Shown: piece by piece, positions 1-13,228 of the stretch | Layout of the letters: each line of letters opens with the position of its first letter | Numbering within the stretch: position 1 is the first letter of the stretch | Assembly (NCBI GenBank): GCA_964016885.1 | Contig: OZ024741.1 | Location: 295,306,001-295,370,000, forward strand | Length of the DNA stretch: 64,000 nt | DNA from: Eledone cirrhosa | Taxonomy: Eukaryota | Reading direction: 5' to 3' | Translations under genes and position numbers: made by a program | The notes under the pieces: model-generated | Databases searched by the model: none | What the model saw: only the letters and a program-made list of their open reading frames with translations | Told to the model about the DNA's origin: nothing

Positions 1-382
1 ATACTTCAACAAATTTATTTGTGTATAGAAGGGATGGCTTTAGGAATATGTAATGAGACTGAATTTTAATTTGTATAGTTCAATACTTACTGGTGATTCT
101 GTTCATTTTATTCCATCTCAACATATCCCCAGTTTTGTTGCATCACCAGTCTGAAGAGCAGATCAAAAATGGAGTCAGGTCCATAACCTCTATGGGTGAC
201 CCTGAGCCAATCCTCTGCACAACGTACATAACAAGTCGATACACAATAAAAATCTAAATACATGTAACAAAACTTCATCCTTCTTTTTAATATATATATA
301 TATAGCCAGGTGGTGCTTTTAAGTTAGATATGGCCTGGGCCAATACTGGACGAAACCTATCAAAGTTATATATATATATATA

Positions 383-466
383 GTTTTATTCGGGAGAAAT
401 CATCAGGAAGCACTATATATATATATATATATATAGTGCTTCCTGATGATTTCTCCCGAATAAAAC
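383..466. repeat. Perfect fold-back palindrome with (TA)n centre
   Basis: gttttattcgggagaaatcatcaggaagcac-(TA)n-gtgcttcctgatgatttctcccgaataaaac; the arms are exact reverse complements. Confidence 0.9.
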
Positions 467-556
467 AGTTTTAGTCCTGTAGAAGCCATTCTATATTAAA
501 TATTTATATTCTGCTTTGTATTGAATACCTTATTTATTATGGTTACCCCCGATAAG

Positions 557-601
557 GCTTGATCTTGTGAGATAAAAACTTTTTATCTCACATGATCAAG
601 C
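557..601. repeat. Short hairpin/inverted repeat
   Basis: gcttgatcttgtgagataaaaa-c-tttttatctcacatgatcaagc, one mismatch. Confidence 0.85.
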
Positions 602-999
602 ATTAACTGCCTCATTTCTTCACCGAATATTTTTGTATCTTTGTCAATGACCCCCTTTAATGTCTTGAGTGGTCTTCCGCATTTGCATTTCACATTGTAC
701 AAAGCCAAATATTTATACTTTAAATTTATACTATTTTTTATTATTTATATATGATTATATGACGTGTGTGTAATACTATAAGTAAACTCCATATACAAAA
801 CTACAGATGAATAGATACAATAACTGCTGAAATCTTAATTATGTTACAATAGAATGCATCATTAGTAGTAGTTGAAATTGCCAAACTGATATAAATGAAT
901 TTCAGGCACAATTAAAGTTACATTAAATTCAATGATACTGAAGTTGGGAAAGGTGTTGGTGGGATAAGATTTTATCAGCAATCTCCCTCAGAAACTAAA

Positions 1000-1282
1000 A
1001 AGGTGGTAGTGGGGTGGGTGGGGGTCATCTCCATGCCTTCCCATTTCCTACATTGATCCTAAATTCTTATGTACAAAAAGAAAGGGTTGTGAGGATCCTC
1101 AGTTGTGTCAAAGACATAACAACCTCTCCTGCACACTTGGTAGGATGTGTGACCATACATAAATGAGTTGCAGATCCCTCTGGGAGATCAGTAACCCTAC
1201 GTCAGTACTGATTTTGTCTATGTAGACCCATCCAACCCTTGCTAGCAGGGAGAGAGGACATTAAAACAATAATGATGATGAT
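1000..1282 (+). mobile_element. Degraded SINE/LINE 3' end with (GAT)n tail
   Basis: Ends ...ctagcaggga...ggacattaaaacaataatgatgatg, like the RTE-type tails elsewhere in the window; partial second copy at about 1665-1720. Confidence 0.4.
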
Positions 1283-3479
1283 AAATACATATATATATAT
1301 ATATATACAAAAGTACAGCTTATTCGAAGTTCGAGTAGCTGCTAAGCCAACGAATGTCTTCAGCAGTGCAGCCAAGCACTCGACAATGTATAGACCTCAG
1401 AGTAATAAGATACAGTTTAAAGGGCTTTGCAAATTGAAAATAGCGACCGCTAATTCAGCTGCGTGATCTGTAGCAATGAAAGAACTGACTAGTGAGAAAA
1501 AAATACACACACATACATACACACACACACATATATATATACACACACATATATATATATATACATACATATATGCACACATCTGTATATTATATATATA
1601 TATATGACTGTACTTAAGCAAGACAATAGATCCTTGGCTTGTCTGGTAGTTCAGTAGCCCAGCTTCAGTACTGACTTGGTCTATGTAGACCCACCCACAG
1701 ACATTAAAACAATGATGATGAACTTTGTTCAACTAATTAAAGATTGTTTAGATATTCATAAATATCAAGGACAACAGAATTTTTTGTTCTGGATTAAATC
1801 TTAGGTAGGATTGACAGAAAAAGTATTAAATCAGAGAAAGACAGTCAGCCTGTGTGTGTGTGCATGTGTGTGTGGGGGGCGCAAGTGTGTGGTGTATGCG
1901 TAGGAGACATTTATGTATTAAAATGTTCAAATTATATGAATTTGTTGGAACTATTTTCAAGGGAATATATAGATAATACTAATGACGGTGTAGTAAATGT
2001 ATAAAAACAGTGTTTCATCATAAAATAATCACTTCAGATATTTTAGCACCTAATTTATATAGAATTTGAAGTTGTGAAAATTGGTAAATATTGACCTTGA
2101 ATAAAAGTCGACCCCATTTTACCATCGATTTTTTTTATTACATATTTCTTGGCAAACATATATGTTAATTAAGGAAGAAATTTCAGGGATTTACTAAAAT
2201 TATCAGTTTTTTTTAGTTTTTTTATTACGGTAATAAATTAAACATATGGTTCTTTTATAAAATTATGTTAGAAGATTTTAATTTAAATAGGAACCGCTTC
2301 ATAGAATTAGAGCTGGTTTTAGCCAGGTTGATATCAAAAGTATTTAGGGGTGGTGGGGGCTCCAGTGTGGTTGAAATCTAACAACTGAGACCAGTAAAAG
2401 AATGAATGAATTTGAAAGAAACAACCAATTTTATTTTGGTTCTGAATCAAAATTGCATTTAATTGTTGAATTTAGTTTTACAGTCTCCTCCTCTTCCCCC
2501 TCCTTGCTAACATCTTTATTCTAAATGCCAGAATATTTGACTGACTGCTGTAGTGCATGTCTCCATACACACTACCTTGATAATAACATCATCACGGAGA
2601 GATCAATAACTCGTTTAGAATAACTGAATCACATTCTGCCATGCTTGACATGTTATAGTAAGACAGAAGCACTATTAACCAAATCCTCAGTTATCATTGC
2701 TGGTTTATTCTGCTGCTGTTATTGTTGATGCTACCAACATTCATCAACGGTTGTTTGTTTCTTTTTACCATTAATTTATGTTGACATAACTCATCAATTT
2801 CCAAGGGAAATTTTTCCTTTTCCATAGAACAGAACAAGCTACCACTATGATCACAGTATTGATTCAGAGATTTTTATCTTTTATCTCTGATCATCAGTAC
2901 TGACACATGATACGCTGTATATGTGCACATGATGGGGGAGGGGTTTATTTTAATTTTATATTTTTACTGATTTCTGTCATTAAACTGGGACCATGCTGAA
3001 GCACTACCTTGAAGGGATTTGGTCAATTATATTGACCCCACTATTCATTTTATCAATCTCATTTTTGTCAAACTGCTTGGTTCACAAACACATACACATG
3101 CACATATATATAAACTCACTTAAAAGGGTTTCACACAGTCTCTGTCAACCAAATATCTCAAGGTATTCATCAACCCAAAATTAAAACAGAAGTCTGTAGA
3201 TTAAACCTGAAACCACATAATTGTGAAGCTCCTTAACCCCAGCCATTCCTGCACCTATTTATTTATATTATATACTTCCAGGATATTTATCTCCCTCCAG
3301 CTTTTTTAAATATTTTACAGCTTGATAAAACATTGGGGCTGATTATTTCTTCTGTTACATGATTTTTATTTTCAGTAGATAGAATGATGGACTTAATTAT
3401 AAATTGGTTAAACATACAGAAAAAGAAAGCAGTATTAGAAAGGATTATAAATACCATGAATAAGAGGAAAGGGTGGGGA

Positions 3480-3676
3480 AGAACAAGGACTACTAGACAA
3501 AGGAAGAAAGAAAGGGGAACAGGGAGAGCGTGACAGACTCTACACCTAGGTTAAGCTATGTTTCAGCTATGGACAAAATTGCAGAGGCATTTCCGTGGAC
3601 AATGGCCAATGACACCTGCTGTAAAAGCCACCCCCACTTCGCGGGGCTCCTTTCTCTTGAATTGGACTGTGATCTG
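3480..3676 (-). pseudogene. 3' end of a CRE-like (restriction-like endonuclease) non-LTR retrotransposon
   Basis: Minus frame reads WLLQQVSLAIVHGNASAILS*, matching the QRxSxAxxRGNAxxIL C-terminal motif; related to 10780-10860. Confidence 0.5.
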
Positions 3677-3680
3677 TGGC

Positions 3681-3866
3681 AACAACAAAACAATTAACAC
3701 CAGCAACAACAACATCAACATCTACAACAACAGCAACAACACTAACAACATCATCTACCAACAACAACATGACCACCACAAAGAACAATAGCAACACCTC
3801 TAACAATGACACCATTGATAAAAACCAACACTACTACCACTACCAATAACAACAACATCAACAACA
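3681..3866. repeat. Degenerate (AAC)n microsatellite
   Basis: Direct inspection. Confidence 0.9.
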
Positions 3867-4515
3867 CTATGGGCATTGAGCTGTAACTAGGATATATGGC
3901 TAGTTGAAAAAACTATATTAATGAATTGAGTGACTCGATTTCATACTAACAGAATTCAGATCTATATATTGAATATATTTATCCAGGTATTTGAACCGAT
4001 AAGCTTTGTTTGAGTTATATATTTATATGTGCATATATACATATACATCAGCAATATATATAGTTTATACACATGTGTATATAGTTTTAGGAATCAGAAT
4101 TTATCATTTTTATATAAATTCATTTACTTATTTTCCAATTTTCTTTGTCAATATATATAGAAAGTAAGAATCAATCTTTTACCATCTTAATGTAAGTTCA
4201 TTCACTGACTTTCAGATCTTATTATGTCATTGCACCTATATATGTGTATATATACCGTCTAACCCATGCTAGCGTGGAAAATGGACGTTAAATGAAGATG
4301 ATGATGATACACATGGTATTTGGATACATTTTGTCTAGACAATTCTTACTGTTGAATTATTGTATTACTGCACCTAATGAAAGGTTTTTAAATTTTGAAT
4401 TAGTAGAGCTCGATTAAGGTTCTAACAGTGGCTATTTTTAACACTCTTGTTGACCTGCGCATTTATCAGAAAATATGATTAATAATTGTATGTATTAATA
4501 AAAATGTTAACATAT

Positions 4516-4630
4516 ATATTAGTGAAAATAGAGGATCTACTGTGTGCTTGTCAGTTTCAGCTTGTACCTCTTCTGAAGAGGTAACTAACCAAACTCACCG
4601 AGCTCATGGTAGATCTATTTTCACTAATAT
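4516..4630. repeat. Diverged head-to-head inverted repeat with decayed hammerhead-like cores
   Basis: atattagtgaaaatag...tacctcttc | gaagaggta...ctattttcactaatat; the right arm has CTGAAGA-ggt/acc-AAA and lacks G12. Confidence 0.55.
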
Positions 4631-5039
4631 ACCAACTCTACATCTTAGCATGTATCGAGTACTTCTTTGATTTGTGGTCTTCCACAACTGTATACATATA
4701 TATAATTATTAAGACCAGTTACTATAACAGCGCCATACCAGGTATGTACATTTCGTTAACCCTGAGGACCAACTTGTTCAACCTGTGCCAATGAAAATGG
4801 AATTCCCTCTCAATTAAGGGTTTTCCAGGTTTTCCATCCAAGAATTTTGTGTGTGTATGTGTGTATGTATGTGTGTGTATGTGCATGTGTATGCCATAAT
4901 ACAAAAGACTCATCCACCAGTAAAAGCACTGCAACAAAAAAAGTAAATATGCTCAGCGAATGAAGGCTAAATTGTTGGCAAATAGATGGAGACAATATAG
5001 GGTTTGAGAGGACTCTTCAGCATAGCCTAGCATGTGACA

Positions 5040-5470
5040 ATCTTTCTAGTGCTGGTGCCATGATAAAGCACACCCAATGCACTCTGTATACATCCAGCCA
5101 TAGGAACTATGCCAAATACGGAATGTATGAGCAAGATGAAGTTACTCCTACCAATCTGGTCTCAGACAAGAACAATCCATCCAACCCAGGTCAATATGGA
5201 AAGTAAACATAAAAAAGATAATAGTATGTATATAATATATATATATATATATATATAGGCAACATGGCAAAAAAGCATCCAGCCTACTCTGTAAAGTAGT
5301 TGTGTAGGTGTCATCACAAAAAAGCACCCAGCCCACACTGTGAAGTGATCATGTAGGAGTCATGACAAAAAGCAACCAGTACACACTGTAAATGTAGTTG
5401 GCATTAAGAAGGGTATCCAGCCATAGAAACCAAGCCAGAAACAGTTCTGTATGAGCAAGATATGGTCAAG
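5040..5470 (+). mobile_element. RTE-type 3'UTR/SINE tail remnants
   Basis: Repeated ~45-bp aaaagcacccagcccacactgtaaag unit followed by ggcattaagaagggtatccagcc, as in the RTE 3'UTRs in this window. Confidence 0.6.
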
Positions 5471-5519
5471 AAGGAGGAAGAAGAGAAGATATTTTGTTAT
5501 TATTGTTTCACCAGTTTGA

Positions 5520-5635
5520 GCACTCGAAGGCAAAGCTAACCTCGGCGAGATTTGAACTCAGACTGTAAAGGACCGTAACTCTATGCTGCAAAGCATGGTG
5601 TCTGACGCTCTTCCAATACTGCCAATCCACTTCCT
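5520..5635 (-). mobile_element. tRNA-derived SINE family 2, partial
   Basis: Matches the head of 9431-9619 (gagttcaaat B-box-like on the minus strand). Confidence 0.65.
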
Positions 5636-5823
5636 TAATAATAATGATAATGAGCAGCAACTAAGTATCAAGATAGCATTCAGCAGAGAATCCACAAGTC
5701 TATCGATTCCAAAGTTGGGTGCAATCAATACAGATTGTACCTTCAGCTGATTGATTATGTAACGTGTGTCACATGTGAATAAACATAAGGATGCTATATT
5801 GATACTTCATTGCTGCTCCTTGT

Positions 5824-5863
<40 letters not shown>

Positions 5864-6145
5864 TATATTCTGTATAAATTTGGTATAAATATGCAAGGGT
5901 TTAGAGCACTCAGTCCATAGGACAAGTTAAGTATAATTAGTTACAACAGTGCCATGTACAGATACTTAAGTGTCATTGTGTTAGTAGCCCTAACTCATTC
6001 AGCCTATCATAAAATTCATGGTGCAAAGCCATTTTTAATTTTATGACAGACTGAATGAGTTGGCATTATCGACCAAATGAAACTTAAGTACCTGTACATG
6101 TCATTATTGTAACTAATTATATATATATATATAGAGAGAGAGAGA

Positions 6146-6330
6146 GGCACGTGGCCTAGTGGTAAGGGTGTTGGACTTATGATCATAATGTTGTGGGTTC
6201 GATTCCTGGACTAGGTAGTGGGTTGTGTGTTGTGTTCTTGAGCAAAATACTTCATTTCTTGTTTCTCCAGTATACTCAACTGAAAACGAGTATCAGCAAT
6301 TGCTGGGAGTTAAACCTGTGATTGAGGTAG
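6146..6330 (+). mobile_element. tRNA-derived SINE family 1
   Basis: ggcacgtggcctagtggtaagg A-box and ggttcgattcc B-box, followed by the cttgagcaa...gctccag core. Confidence 0.75.
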
Positions 6331-6339
6331 TATCGCTTA

Positions 6340-6495
6340 ATGCTATAGAAACTGAGATAAGCACTGGCCTCCAGCTGAATAAACTGGAGCAATGCGAAAT
6401 AAAGTGTCTTGTTCAACACACCACCCAGTCTGAGAATTGAACTTACAACCTTTCGATTGCAAGCCCAATGCTCTAACCACTAAGCCATGCGCCTG
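6340..6495 (-). mobile_element. tRNA-derived SINE family 1, partial
   Basis: Reverse complement matches the head at 49117. Confidence 0.7.
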
Positions 6496-6500
6496 AATAT

Positions 6501-6531
<31 letters not shown>

Positions 6532-7160
6532 AATATATATATATATATTCACACAACATACACATATACACACCTGCCTTTACGAATATATGTATTCCTG
6601 AAAGATCAGGTAACATATGCCCAGAAATGTATATATGTGTTTGTTAATGCACACAGCCACATATATATATATATATAGATATATTCATCAGTAGTTTCAC
6701 ATTTATATTCATTTATGTTGTTTTAACTAATATGACTGTAATGTATCTACAGTATTGTTATTGTAATTTACCTTTAAGTATGATTATTGTTAATCAATTC
6801 TTGTTTGATTATTAATTAACTAATGTTTTCCATGACCTAATTCTGATACAATTCAATAGATCCTAGTAAAGAACTAAAATATATACACACAAAGATCATA
6901 CATTAATTACATTGATGACCTAGAAATCTAATGGAAAAATTGTTATGGGCTCCTGAAGAATTGCAAGGTTTCCCGAAAACATTCTGGAGCTCCATGTACA
7001 GTGATTGAAATGTGTGTGATTGGAGGGGTTATAACATGTCCTATCACGACATATTTCCCAAGCTATGCCACATGAACTTTAACATACTCTGAGCTCCAAA
7101 ACACATTTTCATCACATATGTGTATTTACAATAGAAAAGCTGGTGCTTTTATATACAAAC

Positions 7161-7228
<68 letters not shown>

Positions 7229-7230
<2 letters not shown>

Positions 7231-8460
7231 TCTAGTTTGTAGGAAGGAAAATAGGGCACCGGTCGCATCCGGGAAATGGCCATGCTCAGTGTGTAGGAAA
7301 GGAGTAGGTAGAACCTCCATTTTATGTCCCAAATGCAAAGTATGGGTACATAAAAGATGTAGTGGGATCACAGGTAAGCTAACTAAGAACATAGATTTTA
7401 TATGTGGCCGGTGCTCTGGTGCAATAAGTAGCAGCAAGTGCCCACAGAATACTAGCTTATTCCATTGCACAGATGGTTCTATAGAAATAGTGGACACCTT
7501 CCGTTACCTGGGTGACAAAATCAGCAGTGGTGGAGGGTGCTCTGAAAGTACAGTAGCTAGAGTCAGAACTGGATGGAAAAAGTTCAGAGAGCTTATACCA
7601 CTATTAGCCGCTAAAGGGATCTCTCTAAACATGAAAGGCAGGCTGTATGATGCATGCATACGAACAGCAATGTTACATGGCAGTGAGACCTGGGCATTGT
7701 GTGCAGAGGATATACGCAGACTGGAGAGGAACGAAGTTTGCATGCTCCGCTGGATGTGTAATAGTAATATGCGTGAACGGCAAAGCATAAACGAACTAAG
7801 GGAAAAATTAGAAATAAGAGGGATCAGATGTTGTTTACTCGAGAGAAGGCTACGTTGGTATGGTCACGTGATGCGCATGAAAGATGACAGCTGTATAAAA
7901 AAGTGCAGGGCAATAAAAATAGACGGTAGCCATGGAGTAGGCAGACCCAGTAAAACCTGGGACGACTTGATAAATTCCGACCTCACACACTTACACCTCT
8001 CCAAGACAATGTCACTGGACCGAGATCTTTGGCGCTAGACAGTAATACAGAAGACCCGCCTTACCTAAGTACAAAGTGAAACTTACTACAGTCAGTAGGC
8101 ACCTCTAACAAATACACCCCTGTCCCACTACCCCCACCCCATCCACACCACCCCTTTCAATGTAAAGTTATGTTGGTACCACAACATCCAGTCCGAAACA
8201 AATGAAGCCGTGTAGGTGTCACGACAAAAACAAAACACACAGTCCACACTGTAATGTGGCCATGTAGGTAACACGGTAAAAACCTCCCAGTCCACACTGT
8301 AAACATGGTTGGTGTTAGGAAGGGCATCCAACCGTAGAAAACCCGCCAGACAGTTCTATGCGAGCAAGACAACCACTCTTGCCTCAAGTGGGAAAACTCC
8401 CATCCAAACCCATGCAAGCGTGGAAGATGGACGTTAAACGATGATGATGATGATGATGAT
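7229..8460 (+). mobile_element. RTE-clade LINE family A, 5'-truncated (PHD finger, RT C-terminus, 3'UTR, (GAT)n tail)
   Basis: ORF 7118..8038 has [24 protein letters not shown] and GRP motifs; (GAT)n tail ends at 8460. Confidence 0.93.
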
Positions 8461-8645
8461 GTAGAAGTTATATTTAAATTGTTGGGATACAACAAGCAAA
8501 TATTTTTATAACTGATATAAAGCACTCAACAAGTTATTGGAGTAAAAATACAATCGCACTATAATTTGACTTGGTGTCCTTGAAATATGTATAATGAAAT
8601 TAATATGGTTTTATAAATATAGTTTCCATTTGTTAATATATTGTA
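8461..8645. mobile_element. Fragment of the non-coding hammerhead-bearing repeat family D
   Basis: Shares blocks with 25770-25990, 47740-48070 and 49965-50395. Confidence 0.6.
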
Positions 8646-8655
8646 TATATATATA

Positions 8656-8734
8656 TTAGGTTGTAACATAAATTCCCGTCGTTTTTGAAAACAAACAAAT
8701 TATAACAACGGCGGGAATTTATGTTACAACCCAA
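8656..8734. mobile_element. Mariner-type MITE (~80 bp)
   Basis: TIRs ttaggttgtaacataaattcccgtcgtt / aacggcgggaatttatgttacaacccaa, in TA context. Confidence 0.8.
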
Positions 8735-8741
8735 TGTATAT

Positions 8742-9413
8742 ATCTATCTATCTAAGGCGGGTAAAATTCCTGAGATCCATGGACGAGTTCTCTCCAGCGG
8801 TCTCTGTCCCTCATTATCGCTGCCATGTCCTGCGTCTCCAACAGACCAGTGTCTGTCCTTAGGGCATCAACATACATTAACCTTGGTCTTCCTCTTCTAG
8901 TGTGTCCATGTAGGGGCTCCCAAAGAAGCACTGAGTGTAATGTCAACTCTGGATGTCGGTGAGCATGTCCAGCCAACCTCAGTCTCCTCTGTGTCACTTT
9001 TGAGCTGACTTTTGGGATGCTCCCATACAGCTCTGAGTTTTTTATCCTCAGTGTATACTGATTAATGTTCAGAGCCATCCTCAGCATTCTTGTGTAGCAC
9101 CCATCCACCATCTGAGTGAGTTTCTTGATCAGTGTCCAAATCTCAGACCCATACAGCAGCACAGACTCCACTACAGCAATGAAGAGGCGGATTTTCAGGT
9201 CTCTACGAAGGTCCGACTTCCACACCGATCTCAAGCTGTGGCATGCCGCCCAGGCCTTGCTCTTCCTCTCAACCACATCATCTTCCGTATTCCCAATCTT
9301 TGCTCCCAAATACAGGAAGCTCTCAACCAATTCTAGCGGCTTCTCGCCTACATTAGTGATCCCCTCTGGCTTCTCAACATTCTCTACCAGATATTTTGTT
9401 TTAGTCTCATTCA
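8742..9413 (-). mobile_element. RTE-clade LINE family C, 3' fragment
   Basis: ORF 8752..9330 is nearly identical to the C-terminus of ORF 30297..31355; (TAGA)n tail directly after the stop. Confidence 0.92.
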
Positions 9414-9430
9414 GATATATATATATATAT

Positions 9431-9619
9431 AATTGTTTCTACTTTAGGCACAAGGCCAGCAATTACCCAGTTCATTACTGGTACTTTATTTTATCGACCC
9501 CGTAAGGATGAAAGGCAAAGTTAACCTCGGCGGGATTTGAACTCAGATCGTAAAGGGACGTAACTATGCTGGAAAGCATGGCGTCCGACCCTCTACCGAT
9601 ACTGCCAATCCACCGCCCT
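9431..9619 (-). mobile_element. tRNA-derived SINE family 2 (Deu/Nin-like core)
   Basis: tggcagtatcggtag A-box, gagttcaaatccc B-box, gcctttcatccttacggggtcgataaaataaagtacc core; about six copies in the window. Confidence 0.8.
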
Positions 9620-9681
9620 GTATTTATGCAGATATAACTTTATTATATATATATAATAAAGTTATATCTGCATAAATACAG
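9618..9681. repeat. Perfect palindrome with TA centre
   Basis: ctgtatttatgcagatataactttattatatatatataataaagttatatctgcataaatacag is self-complementary. Confidence 0.9.
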
Positions 9682-10033
9682 AGTGTACCAATATGTATAA
9701 GTATATACACATATCTAATTTGTAGGCATGTAAGAATGCAAGAAAATACGAATTTCCCTGTAAATTGACAAAAGTTATAATCTATTAAATATGTTTATCA
9801 TATCACATATATATATATATATATATATATATGAGTCCCGGGTTCAATTGGGGAGTAACCACAGTAAGTAAGGTACTCAATACACAGTAGAGTTTATATA
9901 AGATTTAATATATATATATATATATATATATATCATGTAGATGGTTATTTGTAACTAATATATAGAACATCGGCATGAAAAGATAGCCAAAATATATCTA
10001 ATTCAGTAACTTTGCATAAGTTATATATATATA

Positions 10034-10069
<36 letters not shown>

Positions 10070-10699
10070 ATATAATGAAAATTATTGTGTGCACAACAAA
10101 TTCAATGGAAAAAACAACAGAAACCTCTGGAAATCTCTGGAAATCTCTACAGTTCATATATATGACAGGTTACCATACAATTTCTTCTATCTAATTTATT
10201 CACAAAGCATTGGTCAGAGCAAGGTGATAGAAGTAGACATCAGCCCAAGGTGTACATAGATAGATATGTAGTTTGGCATGTATGTATGTTTGTATATACA
10301 TAGAGAGAGATGGGTTAGATGTTGGGCTTATGACTATATGACCTGTGAGTTCAGATTCTCTGAATGACAAGTTCCATTTTAATATTCACCTTCACTTGTT
10401 ATCAATAAGACAAATAAAAACCTGTCAAATTATAAAAAGATTAAAAAAAAACAACTGTTTCAACAGAATCCATCTATCACACTGATGTTTAACACAGAAA
10501 ACATTTTTTTTTTTCAATTCACACTGCTATGGTTTTATTATGTCAACTATATTTTACAAACAGAAGTTATACAATGATAGAAATACCTAAAGAAAGATAT
10601 AAACAAAATTAATTAATGGAAAAACAAGGGGGACAGGGTAAAGAAGGGCAGATCTGGCTGCATAGGAAAGTAGAGGAAAGGACTATAAATGTCGTAAAT

Positions 10700-11085
10700 G
10701 AGAGAAATATGAGGTAAAAGGAGGGTGTGTTAAATTCTGTGGCTCATCGGGATGGTGTTTTGGCTGCACCCCATGGACAAATCTGTGAAGACATTTCTGC
10801 AGAAATGTCCAGCGACACCCGCTGTTATAACCACGCCACCTAGCAGGGCTCCTTCCTCAGACGAGCTGCTGACTTTCTAATTTTACAGAAGAGCTTGGCT
10901 GTATGAGGTCCGAGGATACCTGAAGTCTCAACAGCGACTGGTGCAAAGAGGAAGTAGCCAGACGAGCCCCAATATTTGCTTGCCTTCCTGTCCTCTGCAT
11001 TGTGACCCACAGTACCAAGGTTTGAGGTCAAAGTGATTAAGTTGGAGGCAGAGAATATTCACAGCATGTTGCATCTACCTGAAGA
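10700..11085 (-). pseudogene. CRE-like retrotransposon C-terminal restriction-like endonuclease remnant
   Basis: VDATC...AEDRKASKY...FAPVAVETSGILG...QRVSL motif series, with stops and frameshifts. Confidence 0.65.
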
Positions 11086-11645
11086 AAATCATAACTGAAA
11101 CATAAATATATAGTTGCAACTATATTTTCAAATTTCCCCATGCTTTGTAAGTCAGCTAACCTTGTTTATAACAGAAATACATATAATATATTATCCCTAA
11201 ATGCTGTTATCTACTCTAGGGTCCCAAATAATAGGTTGAGTTGGAATAAGTGGAAGGGATTGGAAAATCGCTAATTTTTTCTAGGTTGTCTCTCTTGATT
11301 TTTTAAAAACCAGAATTAGTTGTTTAATTTACAAATTGAGACCCCAATTTACCCTATTTATTTTATAACATATGGGACTTTTTTTGTCATGTATAATGTT
11401 TTTTAATGTCTAAAGAAATTAATTGTCACAGGAATTTAATAAGGAGGTGGGTTGGAAAAATACGAAAATTAATAAGCAGGTGAGGGTGGTATTTGAGGCC
11501 CAGGAGTATGTAGGTGTGTAGGAGATTATATTTGTAGTGATGATGGAGTCGTGTCATACAGTCATCTTAGCTAATGTTGTCAATAGATTATGCTATGTAT
11601 CGCACTCTTTGTTCCTGATGGGCAAACATTTGACAAGTTTCTTTG

Positions 11646-11727
11646 CTACTACTCCTACTACCACTACTACTACCACTGATACTACTACTACTACTATTAC
11701 CACTGCTGCTACTACTACTACTACTAT
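11646..11727. repeat. (CTA)n microsatellite
   Basis: Direct inspection. Confidence 0.9.
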
Positions 11728-11866
11728 GTAATAGCAGGCAATATTGAGGTGGCCTATACAGCTTTCATCTCTCTAATTGCTGCCTCTGATAACTTTGTAC
11801 AAATATTTATGGCTGTCATTCCCGTCTCCTCATCCAATTAATGTTTCCCAGTCTAGTTGCCCATAA

Positions 11867-11901
<35 letters not shown>

Positions 11902-12242
11902 GTAGTAAAATCATATATGCAGAGGTGTGATTGCATAGTAAAACTATATTCGCATGTGTGTGTATAGTTGTACTTTGATTTATCTAAATTTGTGTGTGCA
12001 TATTTGTAAAGGAGAGTTGACTGGCATATATCATATAAATATTTAGTGACATATATGTATGTGTGTGTGTGTGTGTGTGTGTGTAAACTTTTTATTATAC
12101 AATTTGTTCTGATGGTGTTTTGAAAGCCCAACAGTAATGAATTTCAAAGCAATCGCAAGAACTACGACTGTTATTTCCAACTAAGGCATATTCATCCTGT
12201 CCACTGTAACTTCATAGGTAAATGACTGGCTTACATAGTGCT

Positions 12243-12336
<94 letters not shown>

Positions 12337-12340
<4 letters not shown>

Positions 12341-12527
12341 GTTTCTACTTTTGGCACAAGGCCAGCAATTTCCCAGTGTATTACTGGTACTTTATTTTAT
12401 CGACCCCGTAAGGATGAAAGGCAAAGTTAACCTCGGCGGGATTTGAACTCAGAATGGCAAGGGCCGTAACTCTATGCGTCAAAGCATGGCGTCCGACCCT
12501 CTACCGATACTGCCAATTCACCGCCAT
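12337..12527 (-). mobile_element. tRNA-derived SINE family 2
   Basis: Near-identical to 9431-9619; adjacent to a long (TA)n. Confidence 0.8.
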
Positions 12528-12586
12528 AATATTATATATATATATATAATATTATTATAATCATTTATTTATGTTCATACATAAAT

Positions 12587-12970
12587 GGCACATGGCTTAG
12601 AGCATTGGCCTTGCAATCGAAAGATTGTGAGTGCAATTCTCGAACCGGGTGATGTGTTGTTTCCTTGAGCAAGACACTTTATTTCACATTGCTCCAGTTT
12701 ACTCAGCTGTAGAAATGAGATGATAAGACTGGGTTCCATATCATTCCAGTGTAAAGTGCTCGTGGAGGTGCCACAGCAAAAAAGCACCCAGCACTCACTG
12801 TAAATGAGGTTGGTGTTAGGAAGGGCATCCAGCTGTAGAAATTAAATCAGAATCGGTTCCTGTATGAGCAAGACAAGGTCAGCCGACCGGACACTGCCCG
12901 CAACAGGACAACCCGTCTAACCCATGCTAGCGTGGAAGAAAGGACGTAAAACGGTGATGATGATGATGAT
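12587..12970 (+). mobile_element. tRNA-derived SINE family 1 with RTE family B 3' tail
   Basis: tRNA-like head; the last ~200 bp match the LINE 3'UTR at 36690-36880; (GAT)n tail. Confidence 0.85.
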
Positions 12971-13197
12971 GGTTCATGGAACTAAAGCGCTATTTAAGGT
13001 TTCAAGGCCCAATATTGACCATACCTCCAGAAAGTAAGAGAAATCAAAATTGTGACCTAATTCTTGTAAGTGTAATAAATACTAAGTGCATTTATAACAC
13101 TGTGTCACTAACACTAAAATATTGTCTTATCTAACTTCTATCCATATCTTGTGATCTCTCATCTCTCACCACATGTACTTTTTGTGTCATAATGTTT

Positions 13198-13228
<31 letters not shown>

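Noticed and set aside
436-480. Hammerhead at cttcCTGATGA
   Set aside because: No GAAA in register and no pairable stems; at best a decayed relic.
3553-3673. Terminal host exon after a ...ccacag acceptor
   Set aside because: One frame matches the CRE retrotransposon C-terminal motif and has a homolog at 10780-10860.
5265-5400. ~45-bp periodic repeats resembling a CRISPR array
   Set aside because: They are degenerate tandem units of RTE 3'UTRs, with no unique spacers or cas genes, in a eukaryotic context.
7118-7228. N-terminus of ORF 7118..8038 (and likewise of 35875..36582)
   Set aside because: In-frame read-through of flanking microsatellite; not part of the LINE protein.
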